A stretch of DNA of 64,000 nt from Planctomycetota bacterium. GTDB taxonomy: Bacteria; Planctomycetota; J058. Both the position numbers and the translations under genes were made by a program. The stretch spans positions 18,972 to 82,971 of the forward strand of contig JAMLIC010000006.1 of the NCBI GenBank assembly GCA_023954375.1. The letters run 5' to 3'. The first letter of the stretch is position 1. Each line of letters opens with the position of its first letter. The notes below the pieces were generated by a model. The model searched no databases and was not told the DNA's origin. It saw nothing but the letters and a program-made list of their open reading frames with translations. Below, one piece after another: positions 53,398-61,869 of the stretch.

Positions 53398-54006
53398 TCA
53401 GACGGGGCCCTGGGATGGCCGCAGGGCCGCGAGCCGCCGGAGGTTGAGCCAGTTGATGAGGAAGTGGGCCACGATCGGGGCCAGGAGCGAGCCCGACCAG
53501 GCGGCCAGCAGGCCGAAGAGGAGCCCGGCCACGACGGCGAAGGCCGTCCACGGGCGCAGCTCGGGGACCAGCGGCACGTGGAGGAGGCCGAAGACGAGGC
53601 TCGCGGCGACGATCCCGGCCGCCGCGGCGGCGGGGCCCTCGCCCAGGGGGCCCGTGAACGCGCCGATGAGGACCGGCTGGAGCCACCCGCGGAAGAAGGC
53701 CTCCTCGCCGATGCTCGAGTAGACGGCCACGACGAGCGCCTTCTCCCGGTCGAGCGACGGACCCAGGAGGTCGGGGCTGGTGAGGACGTTGCGGAGGTAC
53801 TCGGCCATGCGGCGGTACCAGCCGACGCCCTCGAGGAGGCGGCCGGCCTGCACGACGCCGAGCGCCAGGGCCACGGCCGCGGCGAGCGGGCCCCACAGGA
53901 GGGCGGGCGTGTCGGGGGCGCGGAAGAGCGACGGCGCGCCGCTCACGCGCACGAGGACGGCCGCGACCACGAGCATGCCGGCGTAGATGAAGAGGAAGCG
54001 GTTCAT
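53398..54006 (-). CDS. CPBP family intramembrane glutamic endopeptidase (CAAX protease-like)
   Basis: Multi-TM 202-aa protein with motif 1 EEAFFRGWLQ, motif 2 FGLLH and motif 3 HFLINWLN. Confidence 0.8.
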   Translation of the reverse strand: MNRFLFIYAGMLVVAAVLVRVSGAPSLFRAPDTPALLWGPLAAAVALALGVVQAGRLLEGVGWYRRMAEYLRNVLTSPDLLGPSLDREKALVVAVYSSIGEEAFFRGWLQPVLIGAFTGPLGEGPAAAAAGIVAASLVFGLLHVPLVPELRPWTAFAVVAGLLFGLLAAWSGSLLAPIVAHFLINWLNLRRLAALRPSQGPV

Positions 54007-54049
54007 CGCGGGGGGGCCAGGGTAGCAGCCTCCGCGCCCCGGCCGGCGG

Positions 54050-54484
54050 TCATCGGGACAGCAGCGCCTCGAGGCGCGGCCGCGGGAGCGCGCCGCTCTC
54101 GACGGCGGCGAGCGCGCCGCCGCGGAACACGGCGAAGGTGGGGACGCCCCGCACGCCGACCTGCGCCGCGTGGCGCGTGTGGCGGTCGGTGTCGACCTTG
54201 ACCACGATCAGCCGACCGGCGTGGGCGCGCGCGAGGTCGGCGACGACGGGCGCGACCATCCGGCAGGGGCCGCACCAGGTGGCGTGGAAGTCGACGAGCA
54301 CCGGCACGGGCGCGCCGCGGATGAGGCGCTCGAGCGCGTCGTCATCGACGTCGACGGGGGTGCCCGCGAGGTCGAGCGCCGCGCGGCAGCGCCCGCACAC
54401 GGGTCGGTCCTCCGCCCGCTCGGCCGCGACGCGGTTGATCCCGCCGCAGGCGGGGCAGCGGTAGACCAGCGACGCCGTCGTCAT
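54050..54484 (-). CDS. trxC: thioredoxin with N-terminal zinc-finger extension (thioredoxin-2 type)
   Basis: N-terminal CPACG…CGRC zinc ribbon, then a thioredoxin fold with WCGPC active site. Confidence 0.85.
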   Translation of the reverse strand: MTTASLVYRCPACGGINRVAAERAEDRPVCGRCRAALDLAGTPVDVDDDALERLIRGAPVPVLVDFHATWCGPCRMVAPVVADLARAHAGRLIVVKVDTDRHTRHAAQVGVRGVPTFAVFRGGALAAVESGALPRPRLEALLSR

Positions 54485-54763
54485 GTCCGTGCTCTCGGCT
54501 CCGCGAGGTCCCCCGGTCGGGCCGCCGGGGCGAGCGGGAGGGCCGCGGACGCGGACCCACGCCCATCCACGCGCACCCCCATCGTCGCGCCGGCACGCGC
54601 CCTGTCGAGGTCCTCTCGGCGTGAGACGGATGAGCCGATCAGGATCCGGCGATACGTCTCACGCCTGCATCCGGGGGGAGAAGCCTCCAAGGAGCTCGCG
54701 CCACGCAATTTCAAGAGCTTGAGTCGTCCGCGATTCGGTCCGAGGTGTGCTTCGTCGCAGCAC

Positions 54764-55786
54764 GTGACTCGATCCCCCCTCCTGGGCGCGCTGCTCGGCC
54801 TCCTCCTCGTCGCCTCCGGCGCCCGGGCGGAGGGCGTCCGCTTCCGGATCGATGGCGCGGGCCCGGAGGGCCCTTGTGACGGGACGGCGCTCCTGGCTGC
54901 CGAGCCGGGCGGGGCGCTCGTCGTGACGCTGAAGACGGTGGGCCACGACGGCGCGGAGCGCCGCGGGCGCGCCGAGGTCGCCCGCGCCGGCGGGCTCCTG
55001 TCGTTCACCCTCCGGGCCGCGCGGGGCGTCGTCCTCGAGCCTGCGCTGTCTGCGCGCTGCCGCCGCCTCGAGTCCGGCGCGCTCGAGGTCGTCTACCGCG
55101 ACGAGCGCGGCGCGGTGGTCCGGCGCGAGACCTGGACCCGCGACGAGGAGGTCACGATCCCGGTGCTCGTGGTCGCCCTCACCGGCGAGCCGTTCCGCTT
55201 CCCCGACGTCACGCCCGAGGAGGCCCTGCAGGCACAGGCGAGCGCGCTGGCGCAGCTCAACCGCGTCTACGCGCCCGGCCGCCTGCGCTTCGTGGCGATC
55301 TCGGCGCCTGAGCTCATCGCCGGCGCGCCGTTCGACACGGACGGCGACGGCCGCCTCTCGCGCGACGAGGGGGCGGCCCTGCGGGCCGACCTCGAGGCGC
55401 GCGAGCTGAAGCGCCCCGGGCGGGTGGTGCTCGTGCTGACCGCGGCCCCGATCATCGGGCGCGGCTGCCGCGGCTGGACGCTGGGCGACGCCCGCGCCAC
55501 CCCGCACTCGCTCGGCGACGTGAACGACAACTTCTCGCTCGTGAGCCTGCGCTTCGTCGCCAACGGCCGCACCGTCCCCCACGAGGTCGGCCACCAGCTC
55601 GGCCTCGACGACCTGACCCCGCACAACCGCGACCTGCTCGACCGCCGCGACCGCGCCGACCATCTGATGGAGAGCGGCGGCGGGGGCGCGTTCCTCGACC
55701 CCGCGCTCATGCGCGTCCTGCGCCGGACGGTGCGCTGGCCCGACCACGGGCTCGAGGGGCGGCGGCCGCTCGAGGGGAAGAAGTAG
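54764..55786 (+). CDS. secreted putative zinc metalloprotease (HExxH) with DxDxDG calcium-binding-like loop
   Basis: GTG at 54764. Signal peptide LLGALLGLLLVASGARAEG. HEVGHQLGLDD zincin motif near the C-terminus. DTDGDGRLSRDE EF-hand-like loop. The upstream part of the 538-aa six-frame ORF overlaps trxC antisense and is not coding. Confidence 0.6.
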   Translation: MTRSPLLGALLGLLLVASGARAEGVRFRIDGAGPEGPCDGTALLAAEPGGALVVTLKTVGHDGAERRGRAEVARAGGLLSFTLRAARGVVLEPALSARCRRLESGALEVVYRDERGAVVRRETWTRDEEVTIPVLVVALTGEPFRFPDVTPEEALQAQASALAQLNRVYAPGRLRFVAISAPELIAGAPFDTDGDGRLSRDEGAALRADLEARELKRPGRVVLVLTAAPIIGRGCRGWTLGDARATPHSLGDVNDNFSLVSLRFVANGRTVPHEVGHQLGLDDLTPHNRDLLDRRDRADHLMESGGGGAFLDPALMRVLRRTVRWPDHGLEGRRPLEGKK

Positions 55787-55805
55787 GCGCTCTCAGCCAT
55801 CGATT

Positions 55806-55896
55806 GGACACGGAGGCAACGAAGGACCACGGAGGCCACGGAGGGGAGTAAGGACAGCCTCCGTGACCTCCGTGGTCCTTCGTCGCCTCCGTGTCC
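55806..55896. repeat. long near-perfect palindrome (~39-bp arms, 2 mismatches, 13-nt loop) built from CACGGAGG units; putative bidirectional terminator / REP-like element
   Basis: Arms 55806-55844 and 55858-55896. Lies in the 138-bp gap between the convergent metalloprotease and receiver-kinase genes. Shares the CCACGGAGG(A/C)CACGGAGG core with the hairpin at 30547-30593. Confidence 0.8.
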
Positions 55897-55924
55897 CATG
55901 TGAGCCCACACGGTCGGCCCTCGA

Positions 55925-57175
55925 TCACATCCCCAGCCGCAGCATCGCCTCCAGCTTCGACCCGAGGACGATCGGGTCCTGCGGGCGGCGGGCGGGTTCG
56001 GGGTCGAGCAGATCCGCGACGAGCCCCACCAGCTCCGGCGGGCAGTCGCGGCGGCGCTCGTCGACCCGCGGCGCGATCCAGTCGTTCAGGATGTTGTTGA
56101 AGATCTCGGTGGGGTTGCGGCCGGGCGTCGGGCGCTCGTCGGTGAGCAGCTCGTAGAGGGTCGCGCCGAGCGAGTAGAGGTCGCTCACCACGTCGGGCAC
56201 CTGCCCCTTCACCACCTCGGGGGCCATGTACTCGGCGGTGCCGAGGATCTCGCTCGTCGAGGTGAGCGCCTCCTCGGTGCGCGACTTCGCCAGGCCGAAG
56301 TCGATGAGCACCGCCCGGCGGTCGTCGCCGATCACGACGTTGCCGGGCTTGATGTCGCGGTGGACGAGCCCCTTCTCCAGCAGGGCGTCGATCGCCCGGC
56401 ACAGGTCGGCCCCGACCTGCAGGACGTCGGGCACACGCAGGGGGCCCTGGTCGCGGAGGAGCTGCAGGGCGGTGCGGCCGGGGACGAGCTCCATGCACAG
56501 GAAGTAGCGGCCGACGGAGAAGCCGGCGTCGACGATGCGCACCACGTGCGGGCACTCGACCCACGTGAGGGTGGCGATCTCGCGGAAGTAGCGGGCGAGC
56601 TGCACGCGGTCCTCGGCGAGCTCGACCGAGAGGAGCTTCAGGGCGACGCTCCGCGCCTCGCCGTCCTTCCTCGCCTCGTAGACGGCGCCCATGCCGCCCT
56701 CGCCGATGCGGCGCAGGAGGGTGTAGGCGTCGAAGCGCGCCGGGAAGCGGTCGACCCCGCCCCCGCCCCCGACAAGCGGGAGGGCCCCCTTCGCGCCTCC
56801 GGACGTGGGCCGCTCGTGCAGGAGCTGGGCCACCTTCGCCTGGAGGACGCTCGGCCGGAACGGCTTGACCAGGTACTCGTTCGCGCCGGCCTCGTAGCCG
56901 CGGAGGATGTCGTCCTCCTCGTCGAGCACGGAGCAGAGGATCAGCGGCAGCTCGGCCTTGTCGAAGCGCGCGCGGAGGCCGCGGCACAGCTCGATCCCGT
57001 CGAGCCGCGGCATCTTGACGTCGGAGATCACCAGGTCGAACCCGCCCCGGGTGACCACCTCGAGCGCCTCGGCGCCGTTGGAGAAGGCCACCACCTCGTG
57101 GCCACGGCGGCCGAGGGCAAGGGTGACCAGCTGGCGGAGATGCGGATCGTCCTCGGCGACGGCGATGCGCGGCAC
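55925..57175 (-). CDS. response-regulator receiver domain fused to a Ser/Thr protein kinase
   Basis: GTG 57175 (VPRIAVAEDDPHL…). Receiver with phospho-acceptor context DLVISDVKMPRLDG and LVKPF. Then kinase motifs (GEGGMGAVY, ALK, HRDIKPGNVVI, DFGLA, APE). The longer ORF reaching 57292 is possible. Confidence 0.8.
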   Translation of the reverse strand: MPRIAVAEDDPHLRQLVTLALGRRGHEVVAFSNGAEALEVVTRGGFDLVISDVKMPRLDGIELCRGLRARFDKAELPLILCSVLDEEDDILRGYEAGANEYLVKPFRPSVLQAKVAQLLHERPTSGGAKGALPLVGGGGGVDRFPARFDAYTLLRRIGEGGMGAVYEARKDGEARSVALKLLSVELAEDRVQLARYFREIATLTWVECPHVVRIVDAGFSVGRYFLCMELVPGRTALQLLRDQGPLRVPDVLQVGADLCRAIDALLEKGLVHRDIKPGNVVIGDDRRAVLIDFGLAKSRTEEALTSTSEILGTAEYMAPEVVKGQVPDVVSDLYSLGATLYELLTDERPTPGRNPTEIFNNILNDWIAPRVDERRRDCPPELVGLVADLLDPEPARRPQDPIVLGSKLEAMLRLGM

Positions 57176-57399
57176 GGGCTCACGACCTCGATGGCCGGGT
57201 GTTGCGCCGGACCGCCCCCCACCTTCGCGGAGGACGTTGCCACACGCAAGCGTTCCCTGCGTCGATCGGGAAGTCCTTGGTGAGTAACGCATTGGACGGC
57301 GAGGCGCACCGCTAGGTTGGGTGGTGCCTGGTTGAAAGATCGAAGCCCCCCCGGGGATGGCCTCTGCTTTGCATTCGGCGCCGGCGTCAGGGGCGACCC

Positions 57400-59109
57400 G
57401 TGGGAAGAGTGGCCGAACTGATCGCAGCGCTTCGAGGGCGTCTCGCCGCCGTGACCGGAGCTCGCGGCGACGAGACGCTGCCCGCGGAGGGCCTCGACGT
57501 GCTCGAGCTGCTCGTGGCCGAGCTGGAGGCGGTCGACGAGGATGCGGAGCGGGGGCGCGAGCTGCGGGCGCTGGAGGCCGCCTGCCGCGTCGCCCTCACC
57601 GCCTTCACGACCCTGGCCTCCGGAGCCGGGACCGAGGCCGTCCTGCGGGTCATCGCCGCGGGCGCGCGCGAGATCACGGGGGCGGACATGGCGGCCCTGG
57701 GCGTCGCGGTCTGCACCGAGACCCCGTTCACCCCCTGGGTGGCCGTCGGGGCGCTCCCGGAGGGGCTGTCCCCTCCGCGGCCGCGGGCCTCGCTCGCCCT
57801 CGGCGTCGGCGCCGAGCGGCCCGTGCGCCTCGAGGACGTCCGCGCGCACCGGGCCTTCCAGGGCTTCCCCGCCGGCCACCCGGCCCTCGGGCCGCTGCTC
57901 GCCGTGCCGGTGACCTTCGAGGGGCGGCGGCTGGCGACGTTGTTCCTCGGCAGGCGGCCCGGCGGCCTCGCCTTCGACGAGGCGGATGAGCGCACGGTCA
58001 CGCTGCTGGCCGAGCGCGCCGGCGTCGCGGTCGAGCTCGCTCAGGTGAGCGACGCCGCCGAGGGCGAGCGGTCCCTCCTGGAGGCGGTCGTGCAGCAGCT
58101 CCCGCTGGGCGTGGTGCTGCTCGACGGCGAGGCCCGGCCGCGGGCCGTGAACGAGGAGGCGCTCGCCCTCGCCGCGCACGACCGGGCCGCGGCCGACCCG
58201 CTCCACGGCTTCGCCCCGTGCTCCCCCGACGGGGAGCCGCTGGCCTCGGCGCGCCTGCCCCTGAGCCGAGCGCTCGTCGACGACGAGGTCGTCCGCAACG
58301 AGGCCCTCGACCTCCGCCGGGCCGACGGCGAGGTCGTGCCGGTGCTGGCGAGCGCCTCGCCGCTGCGCGGGGGCGGCGGCGCGCCCGCCGGGTTCGTGGC
58401 GACCTTCCAGGAGGTCGCGGCGCAGCGAGAGCGCGAGCGCCTGCGCGACGAGTGGGCGGCCGTCGTGGCGCACGACCTCCGCGCCGCCGCGGGCACGATC
58501 GCTCTCTCGGCCGAGGTCCTCGCCAGGACCTGCGCCGCCGCGACCCCGCAGGCGCGCGCGGTCGAGCTCATCGTGAGTGCCGCGCGCCGGCTCTGCCGGA
58601 TGATCGACGACCTCTCCGACGTGTCCCGCCTCGAGGCGCGCCGCATGGACGTGCGCCCGGCGCCGCTCGACCTCGCGCCCCTCGCGCGCGACGTGGCGGA
58701 GCGCGTGGTCGCGCTCACCCCGGGGCTGCGCGTCGAGGTCCGCGCGCCCGGGCCCGTGCTCGGCCTCGCCGACGCGCAGCGGCTGGAGCAGGTGCTGACG
58801 AACCTGCTCTCGAACGCGGCCAAGTACGGCGCCCGCGGCGAGCCCGTCCTCCTGGAGGCTGCGGCGGTCACGGGCGGCAATGCGCGGCTCTCCGTGACGA
58901 ACCGGGGGGGCGGCATCCCGGCCGACGAGCTGCCGCGAGTGTTCGATCGGTTCATGCGCGCGCGCGCGGCGACTGGCTCAGAGGGCCTCGGGCTCGGCCT
59001 CTACATCAGCAAGGGCCTCGTCGAGGCGCAGGGCGGGCGCATCTGGGTCGAGAGCGCGCCGGGCGAGGCGACGACCTTCCACGTGGAGGTCCCGAGCGCT
59101 GGCTCGTGA
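57400..59109 (+). CDS. sensor histidine kinase with GAF and PAS-like domains (cytoplasmic)
   Basis: GTG 57400. GAF-like region, then a PAS-like region. HisKA with H-box AVVAHDLRAAAG. HATPase_c N, G1 and G2 boxes (NLLSNAAKYG, GLGLGLYISKGL). No TM helices. Confidence 0.85.
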   Translation: MGRVAELIAALRGRLAAVTGARGDETLPAEGLDVLELLVAELEAVDEDAERGRELRALEAACRVALTAFTTLASGAGTEAVLRVIAAGAREITGADMAALGVAVCTETPFTPWVAVGALPEGLSPPRPRASLALGVGAERPVRLEDVRAHRAFQGFPAGHPALGPLLAVPVTFEGRRLATLFLGRRPGGLAFDEADERTVTLLAERAGVAVELAQVSDAAEGERSLLEAVVQQLPLGVVLLDGEARPRAVNEEALALAAHDRAAADPLHGFAPCSPDGEPLASARLPLSRALVDDEVVRNEALDLRRADGEVVPVLASASPLRGGGGAPAGFVATFQEVAAQRERERLRDEWAAVVAHDLRAAAGTIALSAEVLARTCAAATPQARAVELIVSAARRLCRMIDDLSDVSRLEARRMDVRPAPLDLAPLARDVAERVVALTPGLRVEVRAPGPVLGLADAQRLEQVLTNLLSNAAKYGARGEPVLLEAAAVTGGNARLSVTNRGGGIPADELPRVFDRFMRARAATGSEGLGLGLYISKGLVEAQGGRIWVESAPGEATTFHVEVPSAGS

Positions 59110-59144
59110 CCCGCGCCCCGGTCACGATCCGGACGAGGTGAGCG

Positions 59145-60287
59145 GTGGCGCAGCGCGAGCCGACGCGTCCGATGCGACCCACTCCGGGCGGCTGCGGCCA
59201 TCTCGTCGCCATCCACCTGCTCCTGGGCGCCTCGGTCGCCGCGTCGGTCCTGGCCGCGGTGACGGTCGTCTGCCTCCTCGCCCGGGCCTGGTCCCTCGCG
59301 GCCGCCTGCGCCCTCGGGCTGTCGGCGGCCGTCAGCGCCGGCGCGCTGGGCTGGTCCCTCGGCTGGCCCCTCCGCCCGGCGCGCCGCCGCGCCGCGCGGG
59401 TCGTCCTGGCCGTCTCGCTGGCGAGCGGCGCCGGCCTGGTCGGCCCGTGGCCCGTGGGCGCCCGCCCCGACGGTGGGTCGGCGCTGACCCGCTCGGTCGG
59501 CCTCGACGGGCGGGACACCGGCGCCCCCTGGTTCGGTGCGCTCCCGGAGCGGCACCTCGTCCGCCTCGGCGCCTGGCTCGACCTGAGGGGCGAGGAGCGG
59601 CGCTGGCTCGACCGGGGCCTGTTCGAGGCCGCCTACGACCGCGTCGCGGCGGGCGGCGCGGTCGACGCCACGCGCTCGCTCGTCCTCGACGCCTGGCTCC
59701 GCGATCGGGGCCATCTGTGGCTCGCGGTCCCCGACGTCCCTGGCCCCTGGCCGCTCGTCGTGTTCCTCCACGGCAACGGGGGGCCGTTCCAGCTCTATCC
59801 CGAGGTGCTCGCGCGGGCGGCGGTGTCGCGCGGGTTCGCCTTCGTCGCGCCGACGTGGGGCTTCGGCCACTGGGTCACGGGCGCCGGCCGCGCCCGGATC
59901 GCGGCGGCGGTCGAGGCCGTCGAGCGCCTCCACCCGGTCGATCGCCGGCGCGTGCTCCTCGTCGGGCTCTCCGCGGGCGGGATCGGCGCCGTGGAGGCCC
60001 TCGCCCGCGACCCCGGACGCTTCCGCGCCTGCGTCGCGCTCTCGGGCGCGCCGGCCGCGGTCTCCGGCGGTGACCCGGCGCTGGGCGGTCGCCCGCTGCT
60101 GCTCGTCCACGGGGCGCGGGACCCGCGCGTCCCGGTCGCCCACGCGCGCGCGCTCGCCGCGACCACGCGGGAGCGCGGGGGACGTGTGGCGCTGCACGAG
60201 GTCGAGGACGGCGACCACTTCATCCTGCTCTCGCACGAGGCGCAGGTCGTCCGGCTGCTGCTCGACTGGCTCTCCGCGCAGGGCTGA
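59145..60287 (+). CDS. membrane-anchored alpha/beta hydrolase (esterase/lipase-like)
   Basis: GTG with GAGGTGAG SD. Two N-terminal TM helices. VVFLHGNGG, nucleophile elbow GLSAGG and HGARDPRVP in canonical alpha/beta hydrolase order. 36 nt downstream of the histidine kinase. Confidence 0.75.
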   Translation: MAQREPTRPMRPTPGGCGHLVAIHLLLGASVAASVLAAVTVVCLLARAWSLAAACALGLSAAVSAGALGWSLGWPLRPARRRAARVVLAVSLASGAGLVGPWPVGARPDGGSALTRSVGLDGRDTGAPWFGALPERHLVRLGAWLDLRGEERRWLDRGLFEAAYDRVAAGGAVDATRSLVLDAWLRDRGHLWLAVPDVPGPWPLVVFLHGNGGPFQLYPEVLARAAVSRGFAFVAPTWGFGHWVTGAGRARIAAAVEAVERLHPVDRRRVLLVGLSAGGIGAVEALARDPGRFRACVALSGAPAAVSGGDPALGGRPLLLVHGARDPRVPVAHARALAATTRERGGRVALHEVEDGDHFILLSHEAQVVRLLLDWLSAQG

Positions 60288-60382
60288 GCGCGCGCGAGGG
60301 TGACGCCGGAAGGCGCTCCAACTGCGTCCGACGTCTGTTCATGCACGTCGATCCCTTCACGAGCCGACGGCCCCACGATTAG

Positions 60383-60832
60383 ATGAAGTCCATGGGTCCT
60401 CAATGCCCCCACTGCGGCGCGGTGTATGAGTGGACCTGCGGTGAGCTCGAGGAGCAGGTCACCGCGCCCAAGGTCTACTTCTGCCAGGAGTGCCGCGGCC
60501 TGTTCATCCTCGCGCCCGACGAGGTGGAGGCCCTGCAGGACCGGTTCCGCCCGGCGCTGGAGGAGGCCACCTCCACCGACGAGCCCGACCTCGGCGAGAT
60601 CGAGCTCGAGGACGCGCCCGAGCTGTCGCCGCAGCCCTCGCCCGTGCAGGCGCAGGCGCGCCCCATGGCCGAGGGGCCGCTGATGCTGCGTGACCGGGTG
60701 ATGGTCATGAGCGGCCCGCACCAGGGCGTCGTCGGCACGGTCGTGGTGATCGAGGGTGAGCGGGTGACCCTGCGCGTCGACGGCAGCAACGCGCGCGTGC
60801 GCGTCACCCTCTGCCAGCTGCAGCGGGTGTGA
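60383..60832 (+). CDS. small protein with N-terminal zinc ribbon and C-terminal KOW-like motif
   Basis: CPHCG…CQEC (4 Cys). Acidic linker. VMVMSGPHQGVVGTVVVIEGERVTLRVDG resembles the KOW motif of NusG/uL24. Preceded by an unusually low-GC leader (60290-60382). Confidence 0.5.
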   Translation: MKSMGPQCPHCGAVYEWTCGELEEQVTAPKVYFCQECRGLFILAPDEVEALQDRFRPALEEATSTDEPDLGEIELEDAPELSPQPSPVQAQARPMAEGPLMLRDRVMVMSGPHQGVVGTVVVIEGERVTLRVDGSNARVRVTLCQLQRV

Positions 60833-61745
60833 CGTCGGCCTCCTGCGGCGCGCGCCGCATGAGGCCGAGGCCGGTCCAGGCCAGGCCCACGCCGAGCGAC
60901 ATGACCGAGAGCGTGAGGGCGAACGTCGCCGGGCGCACCTTCCAGGGCCACGTCGTGGCCGGGAGCGCGGCGCCGTAGCTGGAGACGGCCACGGCCGTCA
61001 CGCCTGCGTAGTAGAGGAGCGCCAGGGCGCCGGCCGCCAGGCAGGCGCGGCGCAGGACGTCGACCGCCGGACGCCCGCGGCCCGCGCGGACGACGAGCGC
61101 CCCGACCACGCCGAGGACGCCCAGCACGAGCACGGGTCCGATCTCGTGCCACACCCACGCGTGGTACTTGACCGTCAGCGCCCCCACGTCGCCCCACCCG
61201 AGCGCGCCCGCGCGCACCTTGTCGACGAAGGCGGCCGTCGTGCGTCGGACCACGGGGAAGGTGCGCAGCGTCACGACGAGGTACGCCAGCACGCCGACGA
61301 TGCCCGGTCCGATGATGATTCGCCCGAGGTCCCACATGGCGCGGCCGCGCTCCGCCTGCGAGCCGGTCCCCAGCTTCGCGCGGAGCCCCCAGCCGAGGAG
61401 GACGAAGCCCAGCGCGGCCGTGCAGAGGACCACGTACTCCTGCAGGGTGTCGGGGACGAGCGCCAGCGCGGCGGCCTTCCAGGCGCCCACCTGCGCGCCC
61501 GCGCGCTCGAGGTCGTCGACGAGCTGCCCCTGGCCCGAGTCGCGCGCGATCCCGACCACGGCCTTGTGGACGTCCTCGCCGTGGGTGAAGTAGTCGAGCC
61601 CGCCCGCGAAGCACACGAGCGCCAGCCCGAGCGCCACGAGGCGCGTCGCCAGGACCGAGCGCACGCGCTCCTTGGTGACTGCCTGCGCGGCGATCGCCTT
61701 CAGCCGCTGCGATGCCGTGTGGCGCACCGACTCGTCCGACGACAC
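60804..61745 (-). CDS. hypothetical integral membrane protein
   Basis: GTG at 61745 with GGAGGGGAGAGG SD. 313 aa with about 7 hydrophobic helices. Overlaps the 3' end of the KOW protein gene convergently by 29 nt. The longer six-frame ORFs here (60475..62988, 60804..62225) are judged to be extensions. Confidence 0.5.
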   Translation of the reverse strand: MSSDESVRHTASQRLKAIAAQAVTKERVRSVLATRLVALGLALVCFAGGLDYFTHGEDVHKAVVGIARDSGQGQLVDDLERAGAQVGAWKAAALALVPDTLQEYVVLCTAALGFVLLGWGLRAKLGTGSQAERGRAMWDLGRIIIGPGIVGVLAYLVVTLRTFPVVRRTTAAFVDKVRAGALGWGDVGALTVKYHAWVWHEIGPVLVLGVLGVVGALVVRAGRGRPAVDVLRRACLAAGALALLYYAGVTAVAVSSYGAALPATTWPWKVRPATFALTLSVMSLGVGLAWTGLGLMRRAPQEADVTPAAAGRG

Positions 61746-61869
61746 GGCGCGACCTCTCCCCTCCGCCTCGCCGCAACGTAGCGGGGCCGACCGCTCCGGG
61801 CAAACCCGTTGGCGCCACCGGGGCCCGCCCCGTATCGTCTCTCCGGGCAGACCCGATACGGGAGGGCGC

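Noticed and set aside
39880-54201. 4773-aa plus-strand ORF antisense to the giant TPR gene
   Set aside because: Its translation is low-complexity Arg/Gly/Glu/Ala/Leu with no motifs. It is the mirror frame of a GC3-biased real gene, which are routinely stop-free at this GC content. The minus-strand product has coherent TPR periodicity and a proper start.
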